From Eledone cirrhosa (taxonomy: Eukaryota), in the NCBI GenBank assembly GCA_964016885.1, contig OZ024740.1, positions 266,228,001-266,292,000 on the forward strand: a stretch of 64,000 bases of DNA. Reading direction: 5' to 3'. Each line of letters opens with the position of its first letter. The stretch's first letter is position 1. Of the stretch, positions 28,818-43,400 are shown in pieces. The notes under the pieces were generated by a model. It saw only the letters and a list, made by a program, of their open reading frames with translations, did no database searches and had not been told where the DNA came from. Position numbers and translations under genes: made by a program.

Positions 28818-29074
28818 AAAGCCAGTGGGGATGGGAGAGTGTGAGTATTCATGCTTAATGAGAGGTAGTATTCAGACCTGTGGATACTCACACTCTCCCA
28901 TCCCCACTGGCTTTCGACTGACAGCCACTGACGGGATAGGTAGCAGTAAGCTATATTACAGGCCCTGAATAGGTCATTGTTTGGCTGAGAGGGGGAACTG
29001 ACTAAGCGAATTTCGTTGAAATCTGCGGTAGCTAATGGTCAACTTTCTACGGACCTGAGCCTGCGCAGACCGGT
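28818..29074 (-). repeat. Inverted repeat arm with terminal hairpin (partner 25399-25649)
   Basis: On the minus strand it is preceded by an HHR 3' half (GAAACGCGCGTC, about 29103-29114) and AATAAA. Confidence 0.9.
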
Positions 29075-29382
29075 TACTCCTTCATTACATTTATTGGTAG
29101 GTGACGCGCGTTTCGCCACTGATCAGCTCAAGGTTCGATCTGTATCGAAGTTACACCCCCTGGATATAATATATATATATATATAATTTCTATACTTTAA
29201 TTTATATTTATACTCGGAAGTTTCCTAGAGTGCTTAAAATTATTTGTGACTAATCCCGGTCTTTTTTTTTTTTAAACCGCGATAATATTGCTATTTTGCT
29301 GAACTCCTTACACTTGTAGAGTTTTTTTTCGGAATGTTTTGACTGTTGTTTCATGCAAACAGACATTCGTCTCATTCTGACG

Positions 29383-29810
29383 TCACCAGCCATGTCTCTC
29401 CATGTGCGTTTATTTTTCATAATTACATACGAGGTGAACTAGCCTGTCTTTAAATTCCCTTTTTGTCATATTCTACAGTGAATTTAGGGTTATCGTGTTT
29501 TGAGCTCTGCTGAAGAACGACTCCAACCGTGACCATCCCCACTGAAATTTTCGCGAAATAGTCTTTTTTTTAAATTGGAGGATGAGTATTTAAACTTTAT
29601 TTTATTCTGAGTTCTATTGAGCTCTATTGATTTTTCCCTGGATTTCACAAAATTCTATGGATTAATCTATGTCTTGATTTTCTTTGAATTGAGTTTGAAT
29701 TATTTTCCCACATCTTACGTTAACTATTTTTCCATTTTGATGTTATAGTCATTTATATATTATGAAATACTGTTGGCTTCACGCTCACAACAATTTCTAT
29801 ACTTTAATTT
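29383..29810 (+). mobile_element. Solo pLTR-like repeat (family C) with 3'-deleted HHR at 29504-29563
   Basis: Diverged copy of 38932-39385; GCTCTG-CTGAAGA..GAAATAGTC but lacks GACTATACAGAGC. Confidence 0.72.
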
Positions 29811-29962
29811 ATATGTATATATATATATATGTATGTATATATATATGTGTGTATATATATATATATATTTACAGGATAGCCAGGCTCTCCACTTTAACCA
29901 TAATAAATATATATAAATGAATGTATTTATTCTTATTTATATAGTTATATATAGATACATAT

Positions 29963-30013
<51 letters not shown>

Positions 30014-30086
30014 CATGTGTGTGTATGTGCGTGTGGGTGTGTGGGTGTGTGGGTATGTGTGTATGTGTGTGCGCGTGCGCGCGCGC

Positions 30087-30176
<90 letters not shown>

Positions 30177-30629
30177 ATTATGTACGTATGTATGTATAGC
30201 TCGAGAGAATGAAAGACAGATAAACAGACGTACAAAGAAACAAACAAGCATAAGTACAAACATGCCTAAATAGACGTATTCTATATTAAACCACGTAGAC
30301 ATACAATATAACTAAGAAATTCTCGAATGAAAAGAAACGTTGATGATTACAATTTAAATAGAATTCATTGTAAATATATTTGGCACAAATCTCTTAGCTT
30401 TGTAGGGCATTTGGAAGGAAAAGGAGGAGGTATGAAGAGGGGCTGTGTTTTGACTGGAGGGAAATAAAATAGAATTGCTTGACAACACAGTATTAACACA
30501 GCAAAGGAAGAAGAATCATGGTGACATGACTAGATATTAAAAGAATTACATCACCAGGTAGGAAATGAATATAAATCACCTAGCAACAGCGAAATATCAG
30601 CCACTAATTTTTGACAAATATATATATAA

Positions 30630-30722
<93 letters not shown>

Positions 30723-30819
30723 ACTATCTATCTATATATATATATTCTCCATTTTGAATATTGAATTCTGCCTCCCTTGTTGATTACGAAGGTCACAAGA
30801 TCTAAACATTATATCTACA

Positions 30820-30931
<112 letters not shown>

Positions 30932-30969
30932 TTATAAATATGTGTGTGTATATATATATGTGTGTGTGC

Positions 30970-31126
<157 letters not shown>

Positions 31127-31129
31127 GTA

Positions 31130-31275
31130 ATAATAAATACAAAGACCAAAATCCAAAGACGACTAGATAAGGGCTTTATATATAAACCCGTAGATCAAAT
31201 ATTCATTATTAGTACAGGTTAAAAGTTTATGCAAAGAATTTCTGGTTTCACTCTCAGTGGGATCATCTGCAACTG
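31130..31275 (-). repeat. Diverged family B pLTR copy with CAGATGA HHR-like core (31225-31273)
   Basis: Aligns by eye to 38503-38655. Confidence 0.55.
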
Positions 31276-31554
31276 AGAAAAATTAAAAAATTAATCTGTA
31301 GACGCGGAAGTAAATATTTCAAAAACATTACGAACAAAATATTTAGAAAACAGTAAGACATAACGGTAGTGCGTGAAAACGTTGTCTTGAAATGGGTAAA
31401 ATGTATATAAGGAGAATGATGTCATTATGTGGAGCCAGAAGAACACATTCTTGTTTTCCAAAGATCGGGAGACTAATATTCTTTTTAGAATAACCGAATA
31501 ATTTCCAACTAGTGTAAAAGGATTAAACATAAAATTAGTAATAGTAAAGGTGAT

Positions 31555-31745
31555 AATAATTGTTTCTACTTTTGGCACAAGGCCAGCAATAAATCAGTAC
31601 ATTACTGGTACTTTATTTTATCGACCCCGTAAGGATGAAAAGCAAAGTTAACCTCGGCGGGAATTGAACTCAAATCTTAAAGGGATGTAACTATGCTGGA
31701 AAGCATATCCGACCCTCTACCGATACTGCCAATTCACCGCCCTAT
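31555..31745 (-). mobile_element. tRNA-derived SINE
   Basis: Reverse complement of the 24260 family. Confidence 0.85.
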
Positions 31746-32060
31746 AATAATATCTTCGGATTTAGGCTCATACATAAGTATGTGCTAACCGGTGTGGATG
31801 CATGCGTAAATCAGAATATAATGTATGAAAATTATACACACACATGTACATATATATATGTACATATTTGCATGTATACATGTAAATATGTGCATGTAAA
31901 CATGTATACGCACGTATGCAGGTGCGCGTACAAATGTACATGAAGACATACATATGCTCACATATATATTCATATATGCACATATACAAACACCTACATA
32001 CATATATATATATATGTATATATATACATATATATATTCATAATTTATATATAATATATG

Positions 32061-32137
<77 letters not shown>

Positions 32138-32240
32138 ACAGAGATATCCACGGTAAGTTGTGGGGTCTAGTCTGCGTGAAGAACTCAATGTAATCCATAT
32201 GTTGAAAATATTATAGATCCCTAAAAGGAAAACAGTCATG

Positions 32241-32452
32241 ATATAAGTTAAAACAACGAAATAAAAAATCAAGTCATTAGAAATATACTTCACTTCTTAA
32301 ATATTCTCTTTATCTGATATTTTGTAACTAACCTTGCATAGATCGATATCGAAATATAGTTACGATGTATTATCATCACCTGGAAACGATCGTAAAGCAG
32401 TAAAGTATATTTCTAATGACTTGATTTTTTATTTCATTGTTTTAACTTATAT
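32241..32452. repeat. 54-bp inverted repeat enclosing a decayed HHR-like motif
   Basis: Arms 32241-32294/32399-32452; CTGATAT..GAAACGATCGTA with palindromic stem III. Confidence 0.7.
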
Positions 32453-32671
32453 ATATATATATATATATGTATTGTTATACTTGGGGAGGGTCATATTTGT
32501 GTAATAATATTGCCAGAATTAATAACAGAACACACTCACTGTTTGGTTGGTTTGCGCTTCTGTGTCTTTTATATCGGTTAATTTAATTTATTCGGTCCTC
32601 AATGTTACCATTGACTGACCAACGGTAAAAAATACAGATACAATATAGACACAAACACATATATATGTATG

Positions 32672-32751
<80 letters not shown>

Positions 32752-32949
32752 TTGGTGCTCTGAAATAGCTATATATATATGAATGTATATATAGTGTATT
32801 TTACAATACACTTTATGCTTAAATAAAAGCATTTCGAAGACCTTATGCTATTGTTTTAGAGTAGTGACAGACTCACTTACTTTAATTTCAGCAAACAGGG
32901 GGAGATAAAGCTGACAAGGCCTTGTTTCTGCATTTATTGATGCTTATCA

Positions 32950-34320
32950 AAGCCAACTACTACTCCCGTCTGCACATGCGGTGGGGGCCAGTATAAAATT
33001 AACCCTTAAGGAACATATGTTCAAATTTAATGGAAAAACATATGCCCAAAAGGAGGGAGCAGCCATTGGTGTTAGCATTGCAGGTGACATAGCTAACCTA
33101 TTCATGGTATGGTGGGACAATAGACTTAAACTTAAACTTAAAGAACAATTAGAAGACAGCAACCTCTTAACCCTGATAATGTACTCCCGCTAGGTTGATG
33201 ATATAAACATCGTAGTAAAAACACCCCCACTAGAGAATAGTCAGGAATTAGAGAAAAACACAATGGAAAGCATCCAGAAAATAGCTAACTCCATCCACCA
33301 GAGTATTAGAGTTACTATAGACTACCCAAGCAAACACCCCAACCATCGATTACCTGTACTAGACACAGAGCTCTGGTTAGATACCATTAATAACAAAAAA
33401 CAAATCCTCCATCCCCATTATGCTAAACCCATGACTTCCAAATATCTGATCCACCGAAACTCAGCTGTTTCGGACCATACCAAAATCAACATACTGATTG
33501 CAGATTTGGTACGGGTGATGAGAAACGTGTTCCGCATGTGCAACCCCAAAGAACTAGAGAGACACATACAACACTTCATCCACCGTATGCATTTCTCTGG
33601 TTACAATCAGAGAGATAAAATCAGAGTATATAGAGGAGCCAGAACCAAATGGGAAAAAATGGTAAATAATGATACAAATGGGACCTGACCCTTGTATAGA
33701 AGTAAATTTTGGAATAGAATAGAAATAACTAGGAATACGGTTATAGAATAAACTCATGGTATGATAGCAATAAATACCAGAGTGTAATGTTCATCGATAC
33801 AACCCCTAGAGGTGAATTAGCTTACACATTTAGAAGGGCCCTAGATAAACATAAACTCAATATTAAGATAGTAGAAAGACCAGGTACCTCTATAAAAACA
33901 CTTATTAGCAATACATACCCTTTTCAAAGACCTCCCTGTATAGATAAGAAATGTATAATCTGTAAACTAAGCCCCCATATTAACTGTAAAACTAGAAATG
34001 TAGTATATAGCATAAGATGTACTGAAGGACAATGTAGAGATAAGAGTATAGTGTACATAGGTGAGACAGCTCGTAGTATAGGGGAATGGATAAATGAACA
34101 CTGGCGAGAACTCTAAGATAGAAAAGAATCATCTGTACTCCACCAACATGCTAAAATAGAACATAAGGGTAAATTAGAGAACATAGAAATAAAAATAGAA
34201 TCTACACACAGAAAAGACGCAATGTTTAGACAAATCACAGAGGCAATAAACATAAATGAACTCCAACCAAAATTAAATAGAAAACATGAATGGAACAACA
34301 ACATCACAACTTACAATTAA
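32950..34320 (+). pseudogene. Penelope-like element ORF (probably Nematis-like RT plus GIY-YIG), 5'-truncated, with stops
   Basis: FKFNGKTYAQKEGAAIG, R*VDDI, LPVLDTELW, HYAKPM, PLYR, CIDKKCIIC, NVVYSIRC..YIGETARS..EH, RQITEA..LNRKHEW. Confidence 0.92.
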
Positions 34321-34518
34321 GGACAAAATGAAAACACACACACACGTAGAACAAACAACCAACCAGTAACATGTAAATAAACAAATAAATAAACAAATAT
34401 AAACACACACAGACACCCGGATGTAAAACATGCACAAACTAAGCACACAACACACACAAAAACAAGATGGCGTAGGACAGAACAAAGGAGAGGCACAAAA
34501 ACAAAGAAAAGAATCCCA

Positions 34519-34561
34519 GTCACTGAAGAGGTTACAGAATGTGTGACGAAAGAACTTTGAC
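34519..34561 (+). ncRNA. Minimal hammerhead in the PLE 3' pLTR
   Basis: GTCA-CTGAAGA-G-GTTAC..GTGAC-GAAA-GAAC-TT-TGAC. Confidence 0.62.
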
Positions 34562-35165
34562 AATATATGAACAATCGTCTGGTTGTGGAACCAACCAACC
34601 AACCGGAAATTTATAAATTCTTAAATTTATAAATTTAATTTATAATAAATTGAAGTGAAAGCAACTGGTGCGTGTGTTTCTTATTGGCAACATGACCCTC
34701 CCAAAGTATAACAATATCGGTTTCATCACACGTATTCAGATAAAGAATCTTGCTTCTAAAAAAATTCAGAAACGATATATATATATCTATATATATCATT
34801 AGACAACACGTGGGAGAAATATAGAAACGGAAAACTCGGAAGAGACAAGTACATGGACAGTTCCCAGGTATCAGCTGCCTTTGTGGGAATCATTATAGTT
34901 TATATCCTGTATAAGACTATTCACCACCAGAGTGCATCGATAGAAACCACTGAGTTATCTATGAATAGCTAATCGGGAGGAAAACACAACGGACGTTGGA
35001 CAAGAAGTCACACAAAATAAAACAAGAAATATTTAGATGACAATATGGGACAGGAAAATTGCTACAAATAAAAGCAAAACAAATAAGGATTAGGTAACCA
35101 TTGTGGGGGTAAATAAATATCATATGTACATATATATATGTGTGTATAAATGTTATATATATATG

Positions 35166-35237
<72 letters not shown>

Positions 35238-35239
<2 letters not shown>

Positions 35240-36012
35240 TAAGTATGTATACGTACATACATACATGTATATGGACGTACAGTAGTATGTATATACATAC
35301 ATACATGCACACATATATATATATGTACGTATGGATCTACCGAACATTTATTATAATGCTCGGTTTGTTTGTAAACAAACAGCCCTAAGTATTAGGCGCA
35401 CAGTGTTCGGCAACCATCGTTGCTCTTTTGTTCAACACTGACAAAGGAACGATGAACTAGTTTCTAGCTTATTAGCTGTCGTGGATCCATACGTACATAT
35501 ATATATATGTGCATGTATGTATATATATACATACTACTGTACGTCTGTATACATATATGTATGTACGTATACATACTTATATTTAAGTATCAGCCGTAGT
35601 AAGAGTGAGAAATGAAATTTCATTTTTTCCATTTATCGTTTTCGGTACGCCCGGCCGACTAACTCACTCGATATGCAAATTAGGCTGCCCAGCCGTTAAT
35701 ATGCATTCGGAAAGTATATACTTTCAAACGTTCAATCAACTGACAGGAAGGTATACGGTGCTGACGACAGCTAATAAGCTAGAAACTAGTTCATCGTTCC
35801 TTTGTCAGTGTTGAACAAAAGAGCAACGATGGTTGCCGAACACTGTGCGGCTAATAATTCCGGCTGTTTGTTTGTATACAAACAAACCGAGCATTATAAT
35901 AAATGTTCGGTAAATCCATACGTACATATATATATATATATGTGTGTGCATGTATGTATGTATATACATACTACTGTACGTCCATATACATATATGTATG
36001 TACGTATACATA

Positions 36013-36017
<5 letters not shown>
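35238..36017. mobile_element. ORF-less self-inverted pLTR-like module
   Basis: 35238-35482 is the reverse complement of 35764-36017; partial third copy at 35485-35580; flanked by (TA)n. Confidence 0.8.
35755..35797 (+). ncRNA. Minimal type I hammerhead
   Basis: ACGGTG-CTGACGA-CAGCT aata AGCTA-GAAA-CTAG-TT-CATCGT; ACTAGT palindromic stem III. Confidence 0.72.
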
Positions 36018-36068
<51 letters not shown>

Positions 36069-36085
36069 CATACACACACTCTCAG

Positions 36086-36121
<36 letters not shown>

Positions 36122-36594
36122 ACACACTTACTCGTAAAACTTTAACCAGAATTATTGTTTAAATTATTTGCTTTTTTTGATAATTTACTTATTTTGCTTT
36201 GTTTTCTTTTTCCTTCTTCTCCTTCTTCTTCGCCTTCTCCTTCTTCTTCTACCTTCTTCCTTCTCTATTTCTTCCCTCTTCCTTCATGTTTTCTCAACTC
36301 TAAATTCCAGCAATAGATTTTATTTCAAGCGTCTTTGGTGGCATAGCTTCCGGTTATTGACATTGCTGACTGACAGCCTCCAATATAATGGTTTGTTTCT
36401 TGTGTTACATTGAAAATGGCTTCAGGTTAAGTAAAGCTATTAAGGTAAAATTAATCGATACTTTTAAGTCGACCTGTGGATTAGAAATATTTCTTCGTTT
36501 TAAAGAAAAAACAATATCTCTCGTTAAAAAAGAACGGAACGACGGACACAAGCAAATACTTACTCGAAATATAGAATAAGATAATATATATATG

Positions 36595-36657
<63 letters not shown>

Positions 36658-36684
36658 TGTTATATATATATATCGATATTTATA

Positions 36685-36827
<143 letters not shown>

Positions 36828-36924
36828 ATTTATATATATATATATATATATAATATGCATATATATATTTATTACAATTTAGATTTTAGTCTTCAAATTT
36901 ATTATTATTACTACATATATATAT

Positions 36925-37925
36925 GTGTGTGTAAACCTAGACGAGATAAATAAGAAAGGGCTAGAAATCGTTAAGATGCTGTACCTGGAAAGGTATACCC
37001 ACCCTTTCACCTCTAAGCAACCCAGATTCACACTGAAGGATCACAAACAGGACTTCCTTAATAACCCCTCAAATAGGCTCATTAGCCCCTCTAAGTCTGA
37101 CTTAGGGATAATAAGTAAGAAAATCTTGGACGCCGTTATCCCTGTTATACGAAGTAAAATTTACCTTGACCTATGGGAGAATACTGAGGTCATTAAATGG
37201 TTCTCAAGCATTAGTAACCATAAGTCCCTGAATTTCATCCAATTCGATATCAACTCATACTATACCTCGATCTCTCCCATCCTTCTAAATAAGGCCCTTA
37301 TATTGGCTATGTAAAATAGTGACATGACTGAATCCCAAATTGACATCATCCTTGTTGCCCGGAGAACTATCATCCTCTTCGAAGACCAACTTTGGACCCG
37401 GAAGAACACGCCGAATTACTTTGATGTAACAATGGGGTCCAGCGATTCGGCGCAGGTCACTAACATGGTTGGACTTTACCTCCTCCATGAACTGCATAAA
37501 ACATTCCCGCATTTCAAAGGCGGGCTATACCGTGACGACGGCCTGTTCACTATTGAATATAAAAAACATAATATAGAAAGGACGAGAAAAGACCTACATA
37601 AATTCTTCAAAAGCTTTAACCTTAGCATAACGATAGACATAAATAATAAAACGGTTAACTTTCTAGACGTAACCCTGGACTTGGAAAATAAATACTTCTC
37701 ACCCTATCACAAGCCAGATGAAACACTAACATACGTGAATGCAAATTCCAACCACCCTAGACCCGTCCTAAATGCCATAATTAAAGGGGTATCTAACAGG
37801 ATTAGCAGACTATCACATAATGAGCATGCATTTAGGTCTAATGCAAGGTACTATAATTAAGCACAAGCAAAGTCCGGTTTTAGAGAAAAAATATACTACA
37901 TACATAACAACGCCCAAACCACCAG
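36925..37925 (+). pseudogene. Second Hydra-clade-like PLE RT fragment (endonuclease missing)
   Basis: LKDHKQDF..RLISPSKSDLG, FDINSYYTSI, FDVTMGSSDSAQ, GLYRDDGL, NFLDVTLDL, SNHP. Confidence 0.92.
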
Positions 37926-38145
37926 ACAATAGTCTGTCGAAAGCCCAGAAAACCCCGCTGTAGCTATAAAGCGGGTGAATTGGGCACCCGGGGTCTAGTT
38001 AACCTTAACCCTAAAGTGTGTAATAGATCTAACCTAGTATAGTGAACTATGGTAGAAAATCGTGTGGGCTGGGCGCCGCTGAATCGACCTAGCCCCAGGG
38101 GGAAGGGGAGATTGATCGCCGTCATACGGCGTTTCTAGGGCACTT

Positions 38146-38275
38146 TTAAACCCAGCGATCCCACTGCTGGACTAGTACTATTTTATCGACTTCAAGAGAA
38201 TGAAAGGTGGAGTCGACCACACCAGTATTTGAACTCAGAGTGCGCATTGAAGCAAGACACTTTATTTCACGTTGC
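38146..38275. mobile_element. SINE fragments
   Basis: gtactattttatcgac..atgaaagg..tttgaactcag (minus) joined to gcaagacactttatttcacgttg (second SINE family). Confidence 0.6.
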
Positions 38276-38429
38276 TCCTTCTGTCTGGAGTTGCGACCGA
38301 TAGATAGTATTAGTAATTGGAAAGACCACCGGAAACATTGTTTCCTCGGTCCGTTTTGCGAAAGTCGATCGACTGTTGAATATATATGTATATATATACA
38401 CACATATGTATATATACCTATATATATAT

Positions 38430-38500
<71 letters not shown>

Positions 38501-38582
38501 TAATAATAAATTTGAAGACTAAAATCCAAAGAGGGCCCGATAAGGATAAATATATATCAAATATATAAGAACCGTAGAGCAA

Positions 38583-38731
38583 ATATTTATTAAAATAACA
38601 GATTAAAGTTTAAGCAAAGAATCGCTGCTTTCACCCTTAACGGGATCTTCTGAAAGTGTTTCAGAAGATCCCGTTAAGGGTGAAAGCAGCGATTCTTTGC
38701 TTAAACTTTAATCTGTTATTTTAATAAATAT
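38583..38731. repeat. 73-bp-arm palindrome with 3-nt loop; family B HHR-like motif on each strand
   Basis: Arms 38583-38655/38659-38731; motifs at 38608-38655 (-) and 38658-38706 (+). Confidence 0.92.
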
Positions 38732-38872
38732 ATATATATATAATATTAAGGATACTATTTATAGTTATGTATATTTTAAACTATAAACAGGGAAGGTCAG
38801 TAATTTATTACTACCTTATTACCAGTAAGATAAATAGTGATAAAAAGTGATAAATAGTGATAAAAAGTGAAT

Positions 38873-39499
<627 letters not shown>

Positions 39500-39598
39500 A
39501 TATATAATATATATGTATATTGTTATATATATTATACATATACATAAGCATATATATATACATATATATAGATAATATATATATATTTATATATATGC

Positions 39599-39642
<44 letters not shown>

Positions 39643-39809
39643 CATATTGATATATGTATATATAAATTGTTTGTTTCTTTATTTTATATTTATCTTTATC
39701 TATTATTTTTCTTTATTCTTCCTAAGCTTTTCTCTATATGCTGATATCTTGTTTTCTTTCGTTGTCAGTCTCATTGATTTCTATGTTGTTTGCGGATGTG
39801 TTGGTAGGC

Positions 39810-40195
39810 GTGCTGGTGGTGGTGCTGGTGGTAGTGTTGTTGGTGGTGATAGTGTTGGTTGCGGTGGTGGTGATATTGTGTTGGTTGTGGTAGTGGTGGT
39901 GGTGATGGTGGTGGTGGTGGTGGTGGTGGTGGTGGTGGTACTTGTGGTTGTGGTGGTGGTGGTGGTGGTGGTAGTGGTGGTAGGCATGCTGGTGATAGTG
40001 GTGGTGGTGGTGGTGGTCGTCGTCGTCGTCGTCGTCGTCGTGTTGGTGGTGGTGGTGGTGTTGGTGGTGATAGTGGTGGTGGTGATAGTAGTGGTGGTGG
40101 TGGTAGTGTTGGTGATGGTGGTGGTGGTGGTGGTGGTGGTGGTGATAGTAGTGGTGGTGGTGGTGGTGGTGGTGATAGTGGTGGAGGTGGTTAAG
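39810..40195. repeat. (GGT)n/(GTC)n low-complexity tract
   Basis: Degenerate trinucleotide run. Confidence 0.9.
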
Positions 40196-40366
40196 GTGCT
40201 GGGGTTTCTTGAATTCGTTATTTTTATATTTGTTGAGGTGGTTTTGCGGTTTTTGTTGATATTATGTTTCTTGAATGTGTTGTTATTGTCGTTATTGTTC
40301 TTTTGTTGTGTTTCTTGAAAGTCTTGTGGTCTTTACTGTTGTCTTTCTTAAATAGAGAGAGGGGAG

Positions 40367-40439
<73 letters not shown>

Positions 40440-40489
40440 GAGAGAGGTGGAGAGAGAGAGAGAGAGAGAGAGATACCGGTGGATAGATA

Positions 40490-43400
40490 TATTTCTTTAT
40501 TTGCCACAAGGGCGCACAAGAAAAAGGAACAATACAAAGACACATGCCGGGGATTTTACATACAGTCGTGTAAAAAAATATAAAACAAACAATTATAACA
40601 ATCGATATCCCCAATAGGGGGGAGATGCCACAAATGGGTTGTTTAATACCCCGTCGATAGAACAACCCTCAACTTCAGGAGCGTGTTGTGCAAGTGCTCC
40701 TTTCTTCCTTTTGCTCTCTTCTTTAACCTACAGGCTTATAAACAGAGAAGGCCCAATCACTCGGGCCATTTTCGCTCCATTCACCCACCTTTCAGTAAAT
40801 TTACTGAGGTGCAGTACCTCTCTCTCCACTCTTATTCTTCTTCTAAAGTGATACTTAAAGAAGGGAATCAATTGTTGTCCGGAGAGAAAGGCATCTGTCC
40901 TCAGTCCTCTCAATCTCGTCCACCATATAACCTCTTTCACCATAGCCACTGTACAGAGGAAAACCGCCTCTCTTTCGTTTTTGAAAGAGGCTGGTGGTTT
41001 GATCCTTACTATGAACTCGGCAATCAACTGGTTTTGTTCCATACGCGACAGCAGTTGTTCTGCATAGTTCCACAGATCGCTTACGCCCGGGCAGTGTACA
41101 ATTGCGTGCAAGACGGTTTCAATGTCATGCTCGCATCTTGGACACGTCCTCTTGGAAAGATCCTTCCGAGGCATCCGTACCTGTAGATCTTATCTCGAAC
41201 GGGTAGAGCTCCTCGGTAGCACTGCCAGGCCAGGGACCTCTGGAAGTTGTCCATAGGTCCCGGGCGGAAAATCCTACCAAACAGACTGGTGAGCTCATCG
41301 TCTTCGACGTCTAGAGTTTCCCCGAGCACGTCGTCGCACTTGTAAAGTACTAACCCTCTATAGAATGTCGAAGTGGAGTCTCCACTGATTGCTGTGCCCG
41401 CTTGACAGAGGACTGTGAGCGCCTGGGCGCATTCAATGTGCCAGGCGCCCATCTTCTTCGGTGTTCGCTTGACCAAGGACTGCAGCTCCGTCAGCGAGAC
41501 AAGTTGTGGGAAGGCCTGTCTCACAAACGGTGCCCGGTTGGTCGGTGAGGAATACCTGAAGATGCCTCAGCCTCAGCGCATGTTTGCGCATCATCAGCCA
41601 CGGCATTCCAAGCCCTCCGTTGGAAGGGTGTTGACAGCAGACGGATCTCCTCACCAGTGGAGTCTGCTTCTTCCACAGGAACTGGAAGAGCATGCGTTCC
41701 ATCTTGGTGAGGTATTCCCGGGGACAAGGCACGACAGTTTGCATTCTTCCCACATCTGGGTGAGCGCAAATACCTTGGCCATGACCTCGTTCCGGTTTTT
41801 CTCCACCTGGAGGTATGGACCGCACCAGACACCGAGCAATTTCACCGGTCCTTCCGTCCAGCGTCCGACGACGCTGTCGGACGGCATCGGTTTGCCTCTC
41901 CACGTTCCGAGTTGCAAACCGACAGACTTGTCCGGGTTCAGTTTTGCTCCTGTGAACCTTTCGTATTCCTGTAATAGGTTGCCGATTACCTCGATTTCCG
42001 AGGTTTTCGACACCATTACCGTCACGCAAGAGGTGGAGGTTGTCGTGTATGGACCTGGTCGGGATTGCACACGTTTGCGCTTTCCCTACCAGGTTTTCGA
42101 CGATAAGCGCCAGCCTCGTTGCTAGCACCTTGGCCAAAATCTTTAATTCTGTGTTGAGCAGAGTTATGGGCCTGAAATTGTTTATTTCGTCCCCCTTGTT
42201 CTCGTCTTTCCTGATCAGTTTTACTACGCCCCTGCCTGCAGAACTGGGAATTCTCCCGTTCTGCTGCCAATTGCAGTATACGGCTTCGGAACGCCAGAGA
42301 ACAAGTCCGGTATGCCTATGTAAAACTCATAGGGTAGACCATCTAGACCGGGTGACTTGCTCTTCCCGCAGCGGCCCAGAGCGTCCCGTATCTCAGTGGC
42401 TGTGATCGGTCCTTCGCAGAACTCGGCGGCCATGCTCGAGAGACGCGGCAGGCCGTCGAGGTATAAACCAAAGTCCATTGCCCCGTTCGGTGCACTGTCG
42501 TTCTGCTCAAACAGTCGGGCAAAGTGCCGCTGAAAGGCCGCGCACATCTGCCTGGGGTCAAGTAGCACGCGTCCGTTTTGGTCTTTCAAAGACCGAATCG
42601 TGGAGTTGTTGCCACTTTTCGCTTCCGCCGCTCGGGCCCAGCTAACAGCTTTTGCTCCCTCGTTTCCTAGAGCACGTGATTTACTTCTGACCACGCAGCC
42701 TTCGTGTTTCGCGTCGAAGAACTGGTCCAGTGCCGTTCTCGATGCTAACACTCTAGCTGCGTTGCCACTCCTAAGCGCCTCTTCTACCTTGGCTACTAGT
42801 TCTGTTTCTGATTTGTTTTTCTCTAAAGCTAATTCTCTAAACTCTAAACCCTATCGATTCTACTCTAATTGCTCTCTTGAGAGAGTACCACAATCTATTG
42901 TTGACGATGGCTCCCGTCAACTCTTGCTTAACTAATCTACTTATCCGTTCAATGTCGGTTTTTCGTGCCGGCAACGACACGTTCAGCTTTCAGTATCCAG
43001 GTCCTTGTCTATGTATTATATCACGGTTGACTATGCAGACGATTAGTTTGTGATCTGAATAGGCAACCATGTGAATTTGTGGACAGCTTAACATCTTCTA
43101 GTCCTCTTCTCTATCTAGATACGATCTAGATGTCCCGCTGCGGTTTGCCCACGTCCACTGTGGTGCAGTTGGGAAATCTTGTCGATATCTATCGGCCAGT
43201 TGGAATTGGCCGATTAGATTTTTGAGGCTGTTGCACCCCGTTCTACTGAGACATGCTCCCACATAGTCCCATAGTTCATCTATGATACCATTCCAGTCCC
43301 TCACTAAAAGTAAGGAGCGAGACGTTCCCAGAAAAGACTCCAGACGCTTAAAGAAGTCTAGCCGCGATTGTCATTGCCCGGTCGGGGCATAAACGGCCAC

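Noticed and set aside
33686-33688. In-frame TGA in the PLE ORF as selenocysteine (Naiad-like recoding)
   Set aside because: Lies at the R/C of xPLYR (likely CGA>TGA decay); the ORF also has TAG/TAA stops, the conserved Cys are ordinary codons and the endonuclease is C-terminal
39599-40318. 239-aa Val-rich ORF and antisense Thr/Pro-rich ORF
   Set aside because: Product of (GGT)n; no domain recognised
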